Below, in pieces: positions 48,743 through 50,476 of a DNA stretch of 50,476 nucleotides. The DNA lies in assembly GCA_028280605.1 (NCBI GenBank), contig JANQLL010000103.1, forward strand, positions 1-50,476, in the 5' to 3' direction. The stretch's first letter is position 1. Each line of letters begins with the position of its first letter. The notes below the pieces were generated by a model. It had not been told where the DNA came from and searched no databases. It saw only the letters and a program-made list of their open reading frames with translations. This stretch comes from Candidatus Gastranaerophilales bacterium (lineage in GTDB: Bacteria > Cyanobacteriota > Vampirovibrionia > Gastranaerophilales > JANQFW01). Both the position numbers and the translations under genes were made by a program.

Positions 48743-49261
48743 ATGAACAATAATATGTTATTAATGGCTTTACCAATGAACAATTTTAACAATAATTGCA
48801 ACGGTGGTACTTGTTTCAATATGAATGGCGGCGGTTCCAGTCCTCTATTCGCATTTGGTAACGAGAATGGTATGTGTATGTTTATGCCTGGTCAAAATGG
48901 TCAAAATAATGAGTGTCAAAATAATCAAAATCAAAATCCATTACAAAAAATGATTCAAGATATCGTAAACCAAATTTTAGGTAAGAATCAAAACAATAAA
49001 AATAAACAATGCAATAGCAATGGTGGCGGTGGCTGCAATGGTGGCAGCTGTAATAAAGGTAAAGACAAGAATCCAATGCAACAATTAATGGACGCAGCTA
49101 AAAAGCTAATGGGCAAGAAAAATAAAAAACAAAACCCAATGCAACAATTTATGCAAAATATTATTAAACAATTCTTAGGTGGTGGCAATACTTGTCAAAA
49201 CAATAATAATAACAATAATCAAAATAGTTCAATGTTTATGATGATGATTCCTAACTCTTAA
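48743..49261 (+). CDS. Asn/Gln/Met/Gly-rich low-complexity protein (start revised from 48728)
   Basis: TTTGGAGGTTTTATCT-ATG RBS; three NP(L/M)Q(K/Q) amphipathic helices. Confidence 0.8.
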   Translation: MNNNMLLMALPMNNFNNNCNGGTCFNMNGGGSSPLFAFGNENGMCMFMPGQNGQNNECQNNQNQNPLQKMIQDIVNQILGKNQNNKNKQCNSNGGGGCNGGSCNKGKDKNPMQQLMDAAKKLMGKKNKKQNPMQQFMQNIIKQFLGGGNTCQNNNNNNNQNSSMFMMMIPNS

Positions 49262-49348
49262 TTGTAATTAGTATTTAAGTAAGTAGTAGTATCAGTAGAA
49301 TAGGTATAAATGAAAAAGATTTTTAACTCTATCAAAAAGATTATAATC

Positions 49349-49422
49349 GAGGAGTTTCTTTATTTAACAATATATACAAATTTGGCTTGTGCTGTGTGCG
49401 CAATTAAACAAAGAAGCTCCTC
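49349..49422 (+). other. Long RNA stem-loop downstream of 48743..49261
   Basis: GAGGAGTTTCTTTATTTAA...TTAAACAAAGAAGCTCCTC with an inner G-U-rich stem. Confidence 0.55.
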
Positions 49423-49433
49423 AAGCAAATTCT

Positions 49434-49525
49434 TATACTAACTTCTAAAATATTTTTCATATTATTCAATTTATAAGCTCATTCTAACTAAAGAGTAATC
49501 TGAAATTAAATTGATGAGCAGTATA
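49434..49525 (+). mobile_element. MITE-like repeat, 92 bp
   Basis: TATACTAACTTCTAAAATATTTTTCA...AAGAGTAATCTGAAATTAAATTGATGAGCAGTATA. Confidence 0.75.
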
Positions 49526-49822
49526 AGAAAGAAAAGAATAGTCGGCAATAAAACTTAAATATACAATAAAATGAATAAGTTAACAGGCAGTCCAGCTAGA
49601 GTAACAAAATAAGAGAAAATTATAAAACTAAATTAAAGATTCAAATATATTTTTTAGATTCAATAAATTTTTATTAAAGCTAATAAAATTATCTATAACT
49701 CTAAAAAGAGTAGTTTAAATCAATAGTCAGCAATAAAATTTAAAGGGCAATCCAGCTAAAAATTAATTATTAACGAGTAAAAACTAAAATATTTTTCAGA
49801 TTTTTTAACTATAATTTAAAGC

Positions 49823-49928
49823 TATACTAACTCAAAAATACTTTTCAGGTTCCTCAATTATGTAAAAGCTAATAAAATAAACTATTTTCTGAAAAGAGAA
49901 ATCTGAAATTTAATTGAGTACCAGTATA
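49823..49928 (+). mobile_element. MITE-like repeat, 106 bp
   Basis: TATACTAACTCAAAAATACTTTTCAG...ATCTGAAATTTAATTGAGTACCAGTATA. Confidence 0.75.
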
Positions 49929-50169
49929 ATTTTATTAGCTATATGAAAAAATGAGTAGTATAGTGCAAAAAATTAATTTTAAGCGTAGGTGGATGTGCGG
50001 TAAAATATAAAAGCCAAGAGGTAACAGTCGAAAAGGCTTTAACCTAAAAAATCCTCAAAATGCGCAAATAAAATCAAGTCAGGTCAAGGTGTGTTATTAA
50101 GTGTTATTTCTAACTCTTATAATAAGATATATTTATAAGCCAAAGTGATTAAATTTACCCTAATTGAAT

Positions 50170-50388
50170 TTAAATGTTTCTTATCTCGTTCAGGAATTCT
50201 TTCCTAAAGCTTTTACAGCTTTTTTCAGTTCTGTCTCCAATAAAATAAGCAACAATTTGCCTTGTTTTTCGAGACATTGCGAGCCATAACGATCTTTTAT
50301 CAATCTTCTTTTTTACAAAAGACCATTCTTTATCTAATTCAAGGATGTCATCCTTTACTTTGATAAGCGTTTCTTCTATCGTAGGCAA
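50170..50388 (-). pseudogene. IS1-family transposase (InsB) fragment
   Basis: LELDKEWSFV...LWLAMSRKTRQIVAYFIGDR; truncated before the remaining DDE residues. Confidence 0.8.
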
Positions 50389-50476
50389 TTTTTCGCTATA
50401 TCATTCCTCATTTTTTGGAATGATATTTATGACGTTTTATTTTTCACTTTGTTTCAGACCACTACCAAAAATAAAA

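Noticed and set aside
874-49188. Antisense or overlapping short ORFs (e.g. 874, 1810, 19565, 20318, 24678, 45117, 45573, 47586, 48882, 48988)
   Set aside because: Shadow frames of well-supported genes, especially over low-complexity coding DNA
49538-49800. Short duplicated motifs (AATAGTCRGCAATAAAA, GGCARTCCAGCTA) and further degenerate MITE pieces
   Set aside because: Too degenerate to delimit; probably decayed repeat debris
16411-49928. Dispersed repeats read as a CRISPR array or integron attC sites
   Set aside because: No regular repeat-spacer period, no cas or integrase gene, and no RYYYAAC...GTTRRRY core; the TIR architecture fits a MITE better

Overview
AT-rich bacterial chromosomal window. 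The gene set (cyanobacterial-type RNase E next to a TIGR03960-like radical SAM fusion, secG, mazG, sppA, cinA, no photosynthesis genes here) and the lineage-typical orphan proteins suggest a non-photosynthetic cyanobacterial relative (Vampirovibrionia/Melainabacteria, Gastranaerophilales-like); this assignment is inference. Recognisable genes also include two two-component systems, a sulfotransferase/glycosyltransferase cluster and copA. The accessory content is the interesting part: (1) a fixed-spacing upstream motif RCAAWT-N14-KTTTTT-N6-ATAA in six copies ahead of five unannotated genes (two paralogous ~97-aa helical-hairpin proteins, a Pro-rich GDPH protein, two G/S/N/Q-rich proteins), suggesting an undescribed regulon of exported or structural proteins; (2) a MITE-like repeat family (TATACT...AGTATA) with about 10 full or partial copies, clustered around those loci; (3) a tandemly duplicated divergent XRE-repressor / small phage-like protein switch whose recognition helix and operators diverged together; (4) two probable divergent sRNAs with anti-Shine-Dalgarno-like seeds and a shared terminator; (5) a His-rich membrane protein behind a Fur-family box; (6) a HopX-like Cys-His-Asp protein; (7) paired Q/P-rich HEAT proteins. 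Three pseudogene fragments are present (strictosidine-synthase-like, PD-(D/E)XK nuclease, IS1 transposase). Family names come from motif recall, not database searches.
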